A DNA stretch of 64,000 nt from an uncultured Clostridia bacterium (GCA_947626605.1 CANQSV010000002.1:92231-156230); one strand, 5' to 3'. Positions 22,424-31,097 are shown, counted from the first letter of the stretch. Notes: a model not told the origin generated them from the letters alone. Made by a program: numbers and translations.

Positions 22424-22450
22424 TTAGCACTCTTAATGTTCGTCTGCTAA
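22424..22450 (-). promoter_or_regulatory. CIRCE operator (HrcA binding site) between the -10 and the hrcA RBS
   Basis: TTAGCACTC-N9-GTCTGCTAA, to compare with consensus TTAGCACTC-N9-GAGTGCTAA. One half-site is perfect and the other has 2 mismatches. Confidence 0.8.
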
Positions 22451-22475
22451 TTCTTTGTATATATTATACTCTTTT

Positions 22476-22502
22476 TTAGCAATTGTCAACCCAGATTGCT
22501 AA
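22476..22502 (-). promoter_or_regulatory. Second CIRCE-like inverted repeat overlapping the hrcA -35
   Basis: TTAGCAATT-N9-GATTGCTAA. The TTGACA -35 lies within the spacer. Confidence 0.5.
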
Positions 22503-22671
22503 TTTTTTTATAATTATTTTTTACATCACTATATATTATTTAAAAATAAGAATATTTTAATTCTTACTCCTATAAAAAAAATATTTTAATAAAGGGTTGT
22601 TTTTTTTATATGTTTGTGTTAAACTAATAGTTAGTCAATTTATTTACTTATTTTAGGAGGTGCAATTTATT

Positions 22672-22869
22672 ATGGCAAAATGTGCAATTTGTGGTAAGTC
22701 TGTAAGTTATGGTAACAAACTTAGCATTACTCGTTCACATATTAGTAAAAGATCAACTAGAACATGGAAGCCAAATTTAAGAAGTGTTAAAGCTGTTATA
22801 GATGGAGAATCAAAAAGAATTAAAGTATGTGCTAAATGTTTGCGTTCAGGAAAAGTTGTAAAAGCTTAA
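22672..22869 (+). CDS. rpmB: 50S ribosomal protein L28
   Basis: MAKCAICGKSVSYGNKLS..SH..TWKPNL. ATG at 22672 follows AGGAGG; the listed GTG at 22660 overlaps that RBS. Confidence 0.9.
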   Translation: MAKCAICGKSVSYGNKLSITRSHISKRSTRTWKPNLRSVKAVIDGESKRIKVCAKCLRSGKVVKA

Positions 22870-22888
22870 TCACATATTATATATAAAT

Positions 22889-22910
22889 AACCGGCAACTA
22901 GTTGCCGGTT
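22889..22910 (+). terminator. rpmB terminator hairpin
   Basis: Perfect palindrome aaccggcaac-ta-gttgccggtt. Confidence 0.7.
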
Positions 22911-23042
22911 CATTTATTATTTAGAAAGACATATGTACTGACACATACTCTATTCTTTTATACCAAATATTAATTTTACAAAACCCCTTAAAAATTTAGG
23001 TACTTTTTTCACAACTATCGTCAATTTGAACACCCCCTGATT

Positions 23043-23192
23043 TTAACAAAATAACCATATAAGCCCAACTAAAGCCATAACTATTCCAAAAAGAAATAAC
23101 CAACCTGTAATTGGAAGTAATAGTACTAATAAAACTCCTATACCCATTCCTACAAAACATACTCCTATTGTCTTTTTAAAAAGTCTAAACAT
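23043..23192 (-). CDS. Small (49 aa) two-TM-like membrane protein, below the ORF-track cutoff
   Basis: AGGAGG lies 9 nt upstream of the ATG. Translation: MFRLFKKTIGVCFVGMGIGVLLVLLLPITGWLFLFGIVMALVGLIWLFC. Confidence 0.5.
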   Translation of the reverse strand: MFRLFKKTIGVCFVGMGIGVLLVLLLPITGWLFLFGIVMALVGLIWLFC

Positions 23193-23296
23193 AATCTATT
23201 ACCTCCTCACTTTACTATATTATATTATTTTATGTAAAAAAGGTGACTGTTTTTTACTTGAATAAACATTAATAAGAATAATAAGGAGATTAAAAT

Positions 23297-23935
23297 ATGA
23301 ATGATAACAAAATACATGATTTTATGATAACTTTAAAATCGACCTATCCTGATGCAAAATGTAGTCTTGATTTTACTACACCTTTTGAATTATTAATTGC
23401 TGTAATTTTATCAGCTCAATGTACTGATGAACGTGTTAATAAAACAACTCCTAACATTTTCTCTATTTATTCTTCTCCAAAAGATTTTGCAAATATAGAC
23501 TTATCCGAATTAGAAGATTTAATTCATCCTTGCGGGTTTTATAGGAATAAAGCAAAGAACATTAAAGCTTGTTCAAGAATATTAGTTGAAAAGTACAATT
23601 CTGAAGTTCCTAATACAATGGAAGATTTAATTTCATTACCAGGTGTTGGTAGAAAAACTGCCAATGTTGTACTTCTTAATGCTTTCGGAATTGCTGAAGG
23701 TATTGCTATAGATACACATGCAAAAAGAATTTCTAATAGACTTGGTTTCTCTTCTGAAAGTGATCCTGAAAAAGTTGAACGCGATTTGCTAAAAATATTT
23801 CCAAAAGAATATTTAAAAGATATTAATCACTTATTTGTATATCATGGCAGAAATTTTTGTACTGCAAGAAATCCTAAATGTGCAGAATGCCCTTTGCAGG
23901 AATTTTGTAAAAGTTTTAAAGAAAAAACTTTCTAA
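23297..23935 (+). CDS. nth: Endonuclease III
   Basis: HhH-GPD motif LPGVGRKTANVVL. Fe-S cluster C-x6-C-x2-C-x5-C at the C-terminus. Confidence 0.93.
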   Translation: MNDNKIHDFMITLKSTYPDAKCSLDFTTPFELLIAVILSAQCTDERVNKTTPNIFSIYSSPKDFANIDLSELEDLIHPCGFYRNKAKNIKACSRILVEKYNSEVPNTMEDLISLPGVGRKTANVVLLNAFGIAEGIAIDTHAKRISNRLGFSSESDPEKVERDLLKIFPKEYLKDINHLFVYHGRNFCTARNPKCAECPLQEFCKSFKEKTF

Positions 23936-23990
23936 ACAACTGAATATTTTTTATAGCCTTTGTAATACTAACTTTAAGAGGTGATTTATT

Positions 23991-24116
23991 TTGACAAATA
24001 TTAATTGTTCAGCTAATTGCCAATTTCAAGAAGATGGTAAATGCTGTTTAGAAAATATCAATTTTCAAAATATTACACCTGATTCCTCTTGTGCATATTT
24101 CGAATCAAAAAAATAA
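23991..24116 (+). CDS. Small (41 aa) Cys-rich protein with a TTG start, below the ORF-track cutoff
   Basis: AGAGGTG RBS 7 nt upstream. Translation: MTNINCSANCQFQEDGKCCLENINFQNITPDSSCAYFESKK (5 Cys). Confidence 0.4.
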   Translation: MTNINCSANCQFQEDGKCCLENINFQNITPDSSCAYFESKK

Positions 24117-24135
24117 AAAAGCACAGCTAAGAAAT

Positions 24136-24183
24136 GTACAGAAAGTTCTCCTACTAGGAGAACTTTGGTACAATATAAAAAAA
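24136..24183 (-). repeat. 48-bp intergenic repeat, copy B (hairpin module + TACAATATAAAAAAA)
   Basis: gtacagaaagttctcctactaggagaactttggtacaatataaaaaaa. Compare 3351-3399. Confidence 0.75.
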
Positions 24184-24184
24184 C

Positions 24185-24203
24185 AGGCGAGTTAAGCTCA
24201 CCT
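24185..24203 (-). terminator. Terminator of the PP-loop/MurD-paralogue operon
   Basis: Stem aggcgag / ctcacct (one G-U pair in the minus-strand RNA), followed on the minus strand by T7. Confidence 0.65.
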
Positions 24204-24242
24204 ATATATAATCTTATCTCCAAAATGAACATATTATTTAAA

Positions 24243-25628
24243 CTATTGATTCTTTACTAATCTTTTAAATTTTTCTCCTCTTTCTTTGAAGTTTTTAAAA
24301 AATCCATAACTAGATGCTGCTGGAGATAATAAACAATTATTTCCTTTTTTAGTAACCTTTTTAGCTATATTAACTGCATCTTCCATTGTTTCTACTTTAT
24401 ATATTCTCATAGTGTTATTTGTAATTTTATCTGCTATATTATGTCCCGTGGTTGGAAGACAAATTAAATTTCCTATATCGCTATTATTTAAGAACTCTAT
24501 AAATTCTTGGTAATTTATTCCTCTATCCATTCCTCCAATTATCAATGTATTAATATTTTTTATCGCTTCTATAGAATTCATTGCTGATTCTGGCACTGTT
24601 GCTATAGAATCATTATAATAAGTTATTTCGTCAAATGTTCCCACTAATTCCATTCTATGTGGAAGTGGATTAAAAATATTTATCGTTTCTACAGTTTTTT
24701 TCAAATCTAATTTTAAAATCTCACTAACTGCCAATACAAACATAATATTATTAAGATTGTGATTTCCAAGTAATTTTCTTTCATCAGACGAATTATATAA
24801 TTTTACATTCTCATAATTTTTTATAATTCCATTTTCATATATAATTTTATTTTTATCGTAATATTCCCTGTTTTCAAAACTTATTGGATATATGTTATTA
24901 TAGCATTCTCCCATTTCTTTTTTATGCTTTTCAACTACATCTCTAACATATTTATTATCTGCATTGTACAAAAAATAATCTTCTTTTTTCTTATATTTAA
25001 AAATGTTTGCTTTCGCTTCTATATATTCATTAATTGATTTGTAATGATCTAAATGTTCTTCATATAAGTTAAGAAAAATTGAAATGTTTGGCGATTTTTT
25101 TACATATTCAAGTTGATGAGATGATATTTCTAATACCACTATCATATCTTTTTTTATTACATCTATATAATCAAAAATTGGAATACCAATATTACCAAGA
25201 AGTAATGTGTTTTTTCCTTGTTTGCTTATCATTTCATATATTAATGAACTCGTTGTACTTTTGCCTTTTGTTCCAGTTACACCAATTGTATAAACATCAA
25301 AAAATTCTAGTAATAATTCTAATTGAGATGTTATTTTTTGTTTAAATGCTGATATGTCTATGTCCTTAAGCGAAATTCCTGGTGATTTAATTATAATATC
25401 GTAATCGTCTAAATTATCTAAATACTCTTTACCACTAAGGTACTTAGCATTAACATCATCTGTAAGCATTTCATATTTTTCATTAAAATTCTTTTCTTTA
25501 TCTGCGATATATAATAATTGGTTCTTTAAGTATTTTCTTATTATTTTATATGTTGACTGTCCCTCTACTCCAAATCCTAAAATTAATATTTTTTTATCGG
25601 TTAAAAAATTAATTAAATTATCTATCAT
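24243..25628 (-). CDS. MurD-family Mur ligase paralogue (candidate UDP-MurNAc-L-Ala--L-Glu ligase, MurD2-like)
   Basis: Rossmann N-terminus ILILGFGVEG, P-loop GVTGTKGKSTT, motifs NLNN, PHRMELV, NDSIATVP, SPAASSYGFFKNFKERG. Its ATG overlaps the upstream gene stop by 11 nt. Confidence 0.7.
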   Translation of the reverse strand: MIDNLINFLTDKKILILGFGVEGQSTYKIIRKYLKNQLLYIADKEKNFNEKYEMLTDDVNAKYLSGKEYLDNLDDYDIIIKSPGISLKDIDISAFKQKITSQLELLLEFFDVYTIGVTGTKGKSTTSSLIYEMISKQGKNTLLLGNIGIPIFDYIDVIKKDMIVVLEISSHQLEYVKKSPNISIFLNLYEEHLDHYKSINEYIEAKANIFKYKKKEDYFLYNADNKYVRDVVEKHKKEMGECYNNIYPISFENREYYDKNKIIYENGIIKNYENVKLYNSSDERKLLGNHNLNNIMFVLAVSEILKLDLKKTVETINIFNPLPHRMELVGTFDEITYYNDSIATVPESAMNSIEAIKNINTLIIGGMDRGINYQEFIEFLNNSDIGNLICLPTTGHNIADKITNNTMRIYKVETMEDAVNIAKKVTKKGNNCLLSPAASSYGFFKNFKERGEKFKRLVKNQ

Positions 25629-27009
25629 ATATAGCTCCCTTTATTATTTTCTCTTGTTCTTCTGATAAATTATTTTCTTTATTATATCTTTTTAACAATT
25701 CTTCAGAAATATCTTTTACTTCATAATTTTTCTTATAGAATGCTAGTAGGTATGGTAATTTTTCTCCATTTTTTTCTATATTCTTTATAGTCCTACTGAT
25801 TGCACAATTCACTTCTTCATATGTTCCAACACATTCAAAAGGTTTATTTCTACCCTTACCTATTAGTTCTATGAAAGTTTCTTTCATACTTTCGTCATCA
25901 AACATATCTTTTCCAAATATATTGACTATTTTTTCTTTATATAAAAAAGTACTAAGCATTATGTAAGCAAATAAACATTTAGGACATTCACAGCACCATT
26001 TCCATACTTCTCCTTTGCTTCCGACATTACAACTCTTAAATACTTTATGATATTTTTCATATCTTGAGAATATCATTGCTATTTGTAATTCATTTAATGG
26101 TCTTAAAAAACTAAAATATTTTATAGGTAATTTCAAATATTTCTTTGAATATTCTTCAAAATCTTTTTCAAATTCATAGCTTTTTGAATACTGATGATTT
26201 ATCTTTTCTCCATCTACATTTGATTCATTTGCACTTGATTCATTTGATAACGCAATATATTCCCTACCTGTTAGGAAAGCAACAAAATAGGATATAAAAG
26301 CTAGTAAAGATGAAAAAGGTGTATGTCCATTTATATATCCTTTAGAGTTTAAATCTAGTAATTCTTTATCTATTACTCTTCGCACTTCAATAATATTATC
26401 ATCTTTTATCTCAGCAATTTTAGCACACTCTAAAGTTACTGGCTTTGGATTTATTATTAGTCCTAAATTGTCTTCTTTATTTTTTAGTAACTCTAACGTT
26501 ACAACAGAATCTTTTCCTCCTCCAATAGGAATTATATAATTCTTGAAGCTAAAATTGTTATTATTTACTTCCACATTAGAATAATCTTTTTCTCCTTCAC
26601 AAATTATATTCATAAATTCATTTATGTTTGTTTTTATATTGTTTGTGAAAAACAATTCTCCTAACCCATAAAAATATAGTTTTTTAAACCAGGCAATTTG
26701 TTCACTATTTATTCGACCACATTTTATTATTACATTTGGAGAACATACGCATTTCCAATAGCTTATTAGCTCAATTAACCCTATATGGAAAACTATATTA
26801 TTTATATATTCTTTATTATTATCTATTTTATTTACAATTAATCCTTTTTTTAGAATTTTTATTTTTGGCATAAAAACTTTTAAATTTGGTATTTCAAATT
26901 TATATTCAATATTTATACTTTCACTGTCTTCAGAAATTTTATAACTATCATATATAAACTCTTTATGCTTATCCCTTAGCTTGAAAAATTTTATGTTGTT
27001 ATCTACCAT
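25618..27009 (-). CDS. PP-loop (adenine-nucleotide alpha-hydrolase-like) ATP-utilising protein with a C-terminal Cys cluster; candidate MurL-type epimerase
   Basis: PP-loop-like PIGGGKDSVV. Cys cluster C-x10-CCECPKC. Translationally coupled to the MurD paralogue. ATG at 27009 follows GGAGGG; the listed GTG at 27021 lies inside the RBS. Confidence 0.45.
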   Translation of the reverse strand: MVDNNIKFFKLRDKHKEFIYDSYKISEDSESINIEYKFEIPNLKVFMPKIKILKKGLIVNKIDNNKEYINNIVFHIGLIELISYWKCVCSPNVIIKCGRINSEQIAWFKKLYFYGLGELFFTNNIKTNINEFMNIICEGEKDYSNVEVNNNNFSFKNYIIPIGGGKDSVVTLELLKNKEDNLGLIINPKPVTLECAKIAEIKDDNIIEVRRVIDKELLDLNSKGYINGHTPFSSLLAFISYFVAFLTGREYIALSNESSANESNVDGEKINHQYSKSYEFEKDFEEYSKKYLKLPIKYFSFLRPLNELQIAMIFSRYEKYHKVFKSCNVGSKGEVWKWCCECPKCLFAYIMLSTFLYKEKIVNIFGKDMFDDESMKETFIELIGKGRNKPFECVGTYEEVNCAISRTIKNIEKNGEKLPYLLAFYKKNYEVKDISEELLKRYNKENNLSEEQEKIIKGAIYDR

Positions 27010-27206
27010 AAATCCCTCCACTATATAAATATATTATCTAAGTTATATATTATTTTATAATATTTGTAAAGTATTAATTAAATTCATTAAAATTGGTATA
27101 GAAAAACTGTTTTTTGCAGATTATATATATAGTTAATGTTTACCTATAAGTTTCTTCTTATCTCTACCTATGAGTGCTATATTTACTAATTAAAGGAGGG
27201 ACAAAT

Positions 27207-27530
27207 ATGGCTTTAGACTATATAATTATTGGCGAAAGATTGAGAAAAGCAAGATTAGCAAAAGGATTAACTCAAGAAAAACTAGCAGAACAACTTGATT
27301 TATCCGTTGCCTTTCTAAGTAGAGTCGAACGTGGTAATGCTCATATTAATCTAACAAGACTTAGTGAAGTATGTTCCATCCTTGGATTATCTGAAGGTGA
27401 AATTCTTAATGGATCTTCTTCTAATGCCTCTGATTATATGCAAAGAGATTTTAGTTCTTTATTAAAGAAATGTTCACCTGAAAAACAAAAATTAATTTAT
27501 AATATAGCAAAAGTAATTGCTGAAAGTTAA
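27207..27530 (+). CDS. XRE-family helix-turn-helix transcriptional regulator
   Basis: HTH_3 signature LRKARLAKGLTQEKLAEQLDLSVAFLSRVERG. AAAGGAGGG RBS before the ATG at 27207. Confidence 0.85.
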   Translation: MALDYIIIGERLRKARLAKGLTQEKLAEQLDLSVAFLSRVERGNAHINLTRLSEVCSILGLSEGEILNGSSSNASDYMQRDFSSLLKKCSPEKQKLIYNIAKVIAES

Positions 27531-27550
27531 AAAAGCAAACCTAAGATTGT

Positions 27551-27565
27551 CTACAATATAAAAAA
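27551..27565 (-). repeat. Terminator-associated motif copy 4
   Basis: ctacaatataaaaaa lies next to the hairpin at 27566-27587. Confidence 0.6.
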
Positions 27566-27587
27566 GAAAGAAATTAATACTTCTTTC
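27566..27587. terminator. Bidirectional terminator between the XRE gene and the P-loop-like gene
   Basis: Stem gaaagaa / ttctttc with A6 and T7 flanks. Confidence 0.7.
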
Positions 27588-27604
27588 TTTTTTTATTATA
27601 TATC

Positions 27605-28339
27605 TTATTTATAATTTTCATCAACTTCTACAGAATTTTCCTTTTCTCCTGTTGAAACTTCATTATGAATATTTATAATATCTACCACTTGACTTTCATA
27701 CTCATTATTAATCATTTCATATTTTGCTAACTCATCTTCTAATCCATCTTGCACCTCTTTAAACTTTAAATAAGCTTTTACCAAATTATTTTCGTTTATT
27801 CTTACAGCATTTGGATTATTCATTTTTTGTATTTTCTTTAAACACTCCTGATATGTAACTTTATAATTCATTATAAAAACGGTCTTTTCAGCTTCTTTGG
27901 TAGCTCTGTATATTGCTTTTCTAAATTTCATATCTAAAAAAGGAGCATCAATAACAACTTTCTCATCACTTTTTTCTAATATTGCTTGTTGTACATTTTT
28001 AATATAATCTTCTCTTTCTGTTTTTATAAAAGAATATATTTCTTTTTGCTTAAATAAATTTGTTAAAAGATTAGTTCTTCCAGATTTAGGAAGTCCCATT
28101 GAAATTATAACAGCATTTTCTGGATATTCTCCTGCATTAGTAACTTTCTTTTTTGCTGTTGGTATTGTATCAACCTTTATGGAATCCACAAAAGCTTGTT
28201 TTTTATTATCTTTTCTTTCTACTGGTGTTGGCTCAATTTCTATTTGTTTTTTGGAGTTAGTTACTCCAAATTCTTCTGGATTTATATAAAACTGATCTTT
28301 CCATCCAGCATTTCCAATTCTATGATTTTTTCTTCCCAT
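27605..28339 (-). CDS. Hypothetical protein with a degenerate Walker-A-like motif (kinase/zeta-like P-loop fold?)
   Basis: GLPKSGRT sits where GxxxxGK[ST] is expected. 244 aa, downstream of mltG on the same strand. Confidence 0.4.
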   Translation of the reverse strand: MGRKNHRIGNAGWKDQFYINPEEFGVTNSKKQIEIEPTPVERKDNKKQAFVDSIKVDTIPTAKKKVTNAGEYPENAVIISMGLPKSGRTNLLTNLFKQKEIYSFIKTEREDYIKNVQQAILEKSDEKVVIDAPFLDMKFRKAIYRATKEAEKTVFIMNYKVTYQECLKKIQKMNNPNAVRINENNLVKAYLKFKEVQDGLEDELAKYEMINNEYESQVVDIINIHNEVSTGEKENSVEVDENYK

Positions 28340-28433
28340 AATTCACCTCTCACTTTTATGTTGATTATTCTATCACTTTTTGTGATTTATGTCAACAAAA
28401 TAGGCATATTATATTAACATGCCTATTTTTTAA

Positions 28434-29513
28434 TTAATATTCATACCATAGCCCTTGAGTTTTTAATGCAGATACCATTTCTTCATGTTCAGCATTTGTT
28501 TTTGTAAAATATACTTTTCCATTTTTGTCTGCAACAAAATAAAAATTGTCTGTTTGCTCTGGCTTTAAAACCGCTTCTATTGATGCTTTGCTTACCGATG
28601 CAATTGGTCCTACTGGAAGTTTTCCTTCCATATTAGGTCCTCTAGTATTATATGCATTGTAAGTATTAAGTTCTTGATATGTTAAATCTCTTTCTCCCAT
28701 ATCAATTTTCCATGCATAATAAGTAGTAACATCACTTCCTAAAGCCATATTTTCCTTTAATCTGTTATAAAATACACTTGCTATTCCTGTTCTATCTTCA
28801 TCATGTACTCCTTCTAATTCTACCATAGAAGCCATTGTTAGTATTTGATGAACTGTAAGATTACTATTTTCAATATCATTTTTATATTCATTTAAAACTT
28901 TTTCCATTTGATCTAGCATAATTGATAAAATATCTTCAACTGGTACATCTGCATTTTCTATTATATATGTATCTGGAAAAAGATATCCTTCTATAGCATA
29001 GTAGATATTTTCATTTTTTATTTCGTCTGTTATAAACCAATATTTATCTATGATTTTATTTATATATTCTTCATTATCTAATAAATTGTATACATCTTCT
29101 GCTTTATTATTTGTAGTTTCTTCAATTTTATTTGCAAGCCATCTAACATTTTTGCCTTCGATGTATGTTAATTTTATTTCATCACCTTTGTATACTTCTC
29201 CTTTTTCAAGAATTCTTGTAATTTCATCAAAGCTCATACTAGGACTAAAACAGTATTTACCAGCTATTAAATTATTTTTATCATTCAATTTTATATATAT
29301 TCTAAAAGCCATAGTATTTTTTATTATTCCTTTTTCTGCTAATAAATTACCTACAAAATTTAAGTTTGCTCCTTCACCTATTTCTACTATAATTTGTTCA
29401 GAATTATTTTTATTTCCTGATATAGAATTATTATACCATATAATTGTTCCTGCTGCTAAAAATACTATTAAAGCTAAAATTATTATAAGAATTATCATTA
29501 GTTTTTTCTTCAT
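28434..29513 (-). CDS. mltG: Endolytic murein transglycosylase (YceG family)
   Basis: N-terminal TM segment, YLFPDTY, ASMVELEG, typical length. Confidence 0.88.
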   Translation of the reverse strand: MKKKLMIILIIILALIVFLAAGTIIWYNNSISGNKNNSEQIIVEIGEGANLNFVGNLLAEKGIIKNTMAFRIYIKLNDKNNLIAGKYCFSPSMSFDEITRILEKGEVYKGDEIKLTYIEGKNVRWLANKIEETTNNKAEDVYNLLDNEEYINKIIDKYWFITDEIKNENIYYAIEGYLFPDTYIIENADVPVEDILSIMLDQMEKVLNEYKNDIENSNLTVHQILTMASMVELEGVHDEDRTGIASVFYNRLKENMALGSDVTTYYAWKIDMGERDLTYQELNTYNAYNTRGPNMEGKLPVGPIASVSKASIEAVLKPEQTDNFYFVADKNGKVYFTKTNAEHEEMVSALKTQGLWYEY

Positions 29514-29673
29514 ATTTTCTCTCCCTTATTAATACTATTTTGAATATATCATAAATAAAAAATTATTGGAATAGGAAATTGAAAATTTTTGACTTATTTT
29601 GTCTAAAGCCCTTTAAAATTAAGAACTTTTATAGTATAATATATATGTATGAAATTTAAGGAGGAATTCTAAT

Positions 29674-30093
29674 ATGTGGAAAATTTGGGTTATATTCTCT
29701 GGACTTTTCGTAATACTTGAAATAATGACTATTGGTTTCCTTGTATTTTGGTTTGCAGTTGGCTCTATCTTTGCAATGATTACTAGCTTTTTTACAAATA
29801 GTATAGTTATACAAACTACTGTATTTCTTCTATCATCAACAGCACTTATTATTTTAACTAGACCATTAGTAGAAAAACTTACTAAAAAAGATACTGTTGT
29901 AAAAACAAATGCATATTCCATTATTGGTAAAAAAGCTATTGTAACACAAGATATTGATACCTTACATGGATCTGGTCAAATTAAAGTTAACGGTGAAACT
30001 TGGTCTGCTATAAGTGAAGAAGGAAATAAATATGAAAAAGGTTCAGAAGTAGAAATAATTTCAATTGACGGCGTAAAAGCTGTTATAAAATAG
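29674..30093 (+). CDS. NfeD-family membrane protein
   Basis: Three TM segments plus a C-terminal OB-like domain (GQIKVNGETWSA). Lies upstream of an SPFH gene. Confidence 0.8.
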   Translation: MWKIWVIFSGLFVILEIMTIGFLVFWFAVGSIFAMITSFFTNSIVIQTTVFLLSSTALIILTRPLVEKLTKKDTVVKTNAYSIIGKKAIVTQDIDTLHGSGQIKVNGETWSAISEEGNKYEKGSEVEIISIDGVKAVIK

Positions 30094-30130
30094 TTCATAA
30101 ATATAAAAAAATATTTTAGGAGGTTTTATT

Positions 30131-31078
30131 ATGACTTTTTTAATAGTTTTATTCATAATTATACTTATTATTGCCGCTTATTCAATTAAAGTTGTTAAGC
30201 AATCTGAAGTATATATTATAGAAAGACTTGGAAAATTTAGTAAAATAGCTGAAGCTGGTCTTACAATTATAATTCCATTTTTAGATCAGGTTCGTTCAGT
30301 TGTAAGTTTAAAGCAACAAACAATGGATATTCCACCACAAGGAGTTATTACAAAGGATAACGTTACAATTACTATAGATACTGTTGTGTTCTATAAAATT
30401 ACAGATCCTGCAAAAGCAGTTTATGAAATTCAATCTTTAAAGAAAGGTATTGAATACTTAGCAATAACTACTATCCGTGATATTGTCGGTAAGATGGATT
30501 TGGATCAAACATTTAGTTCAAGAGATTCTATTAATGATGAGTTAAGATCAAAATTAGATGATGCTACAGATCAATGGGGATGTAAAGTTGATAGAGTCGA
30601 AATTAAAGATATTACTCCACCAGCTGATATTCGTGATGCAATGGAAAAACAAATGAATGCAGAAAGAAATAAGAGAGCTCTTATTCTTCAAGCTGAAGGA
30701 GAGAAACAATCAGCAATTACAATTGCTGAAGGTAGAAAAGAAGCCGCTATTCTTCAAGCTGAAGCTGATAAAGAAACTAAAATCAGAATTGCAGCCGGTG
30801 AAGCAGCCGCAATTAAGCATGTTGCTGAAGCTAAGGCTAAAGAAATCGAAATGGTTTATTCTGCAATTAGTAACGCAAATCCAGATGACAAATTAGTTCA
30901 ATTAAAATCTTTAGAAGCTCTTGAAAAAGTTGCAAATGGTGAAGCTAACAAAGTATTTATTCCTTTTGAAGCAACAGCTGCTCTAGGAAGTTTAGGTGCA
31001 ATCAAAGATGTAATGAAAGATGATACTAGAAAAAGAAAAATGCAAAAAGAAATAAAAAAAGATGACAATAATGAATAA
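30131..31078 (+). CDS. SPFH/band-7 (stomatin-like) protein
   Basis: N-terminal TM segment, SPFH core (YIIERLGKF.., VDRVEIKDITPP), Ala/Glu-rich coiled-coil. Confidence 0.88.
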   Translation: MTFLIVLFIIILIIAAYSIKVVKQSEVYIIERLGKFSKIAEAGLTIIIPFLDQVRSVVSLKQQTMDIPPQGVITKDNVTITIDTVVFYKITDPAKAVYEIQSLKKGIEYLAITTIRDIVGKMDLDQTFSSRDSINDELRSKLDDATDQWGCKVDRVEIKDITPPADIRDAMEKQMNAERNKRALILQAEGEKQSAITIAEGRKEAAILQAEADKETKIRIAAGEAAAIKHVAEAKAKEIEMVYSAISNANPDDKLVQLKSLEALEKVANGEANKVFIPFEATAALGSLGAIKDVMKDDTRKRKMQKEIKKDDNNE

Positions 31079-31097
31079 TAAATAAACATACACAAAA

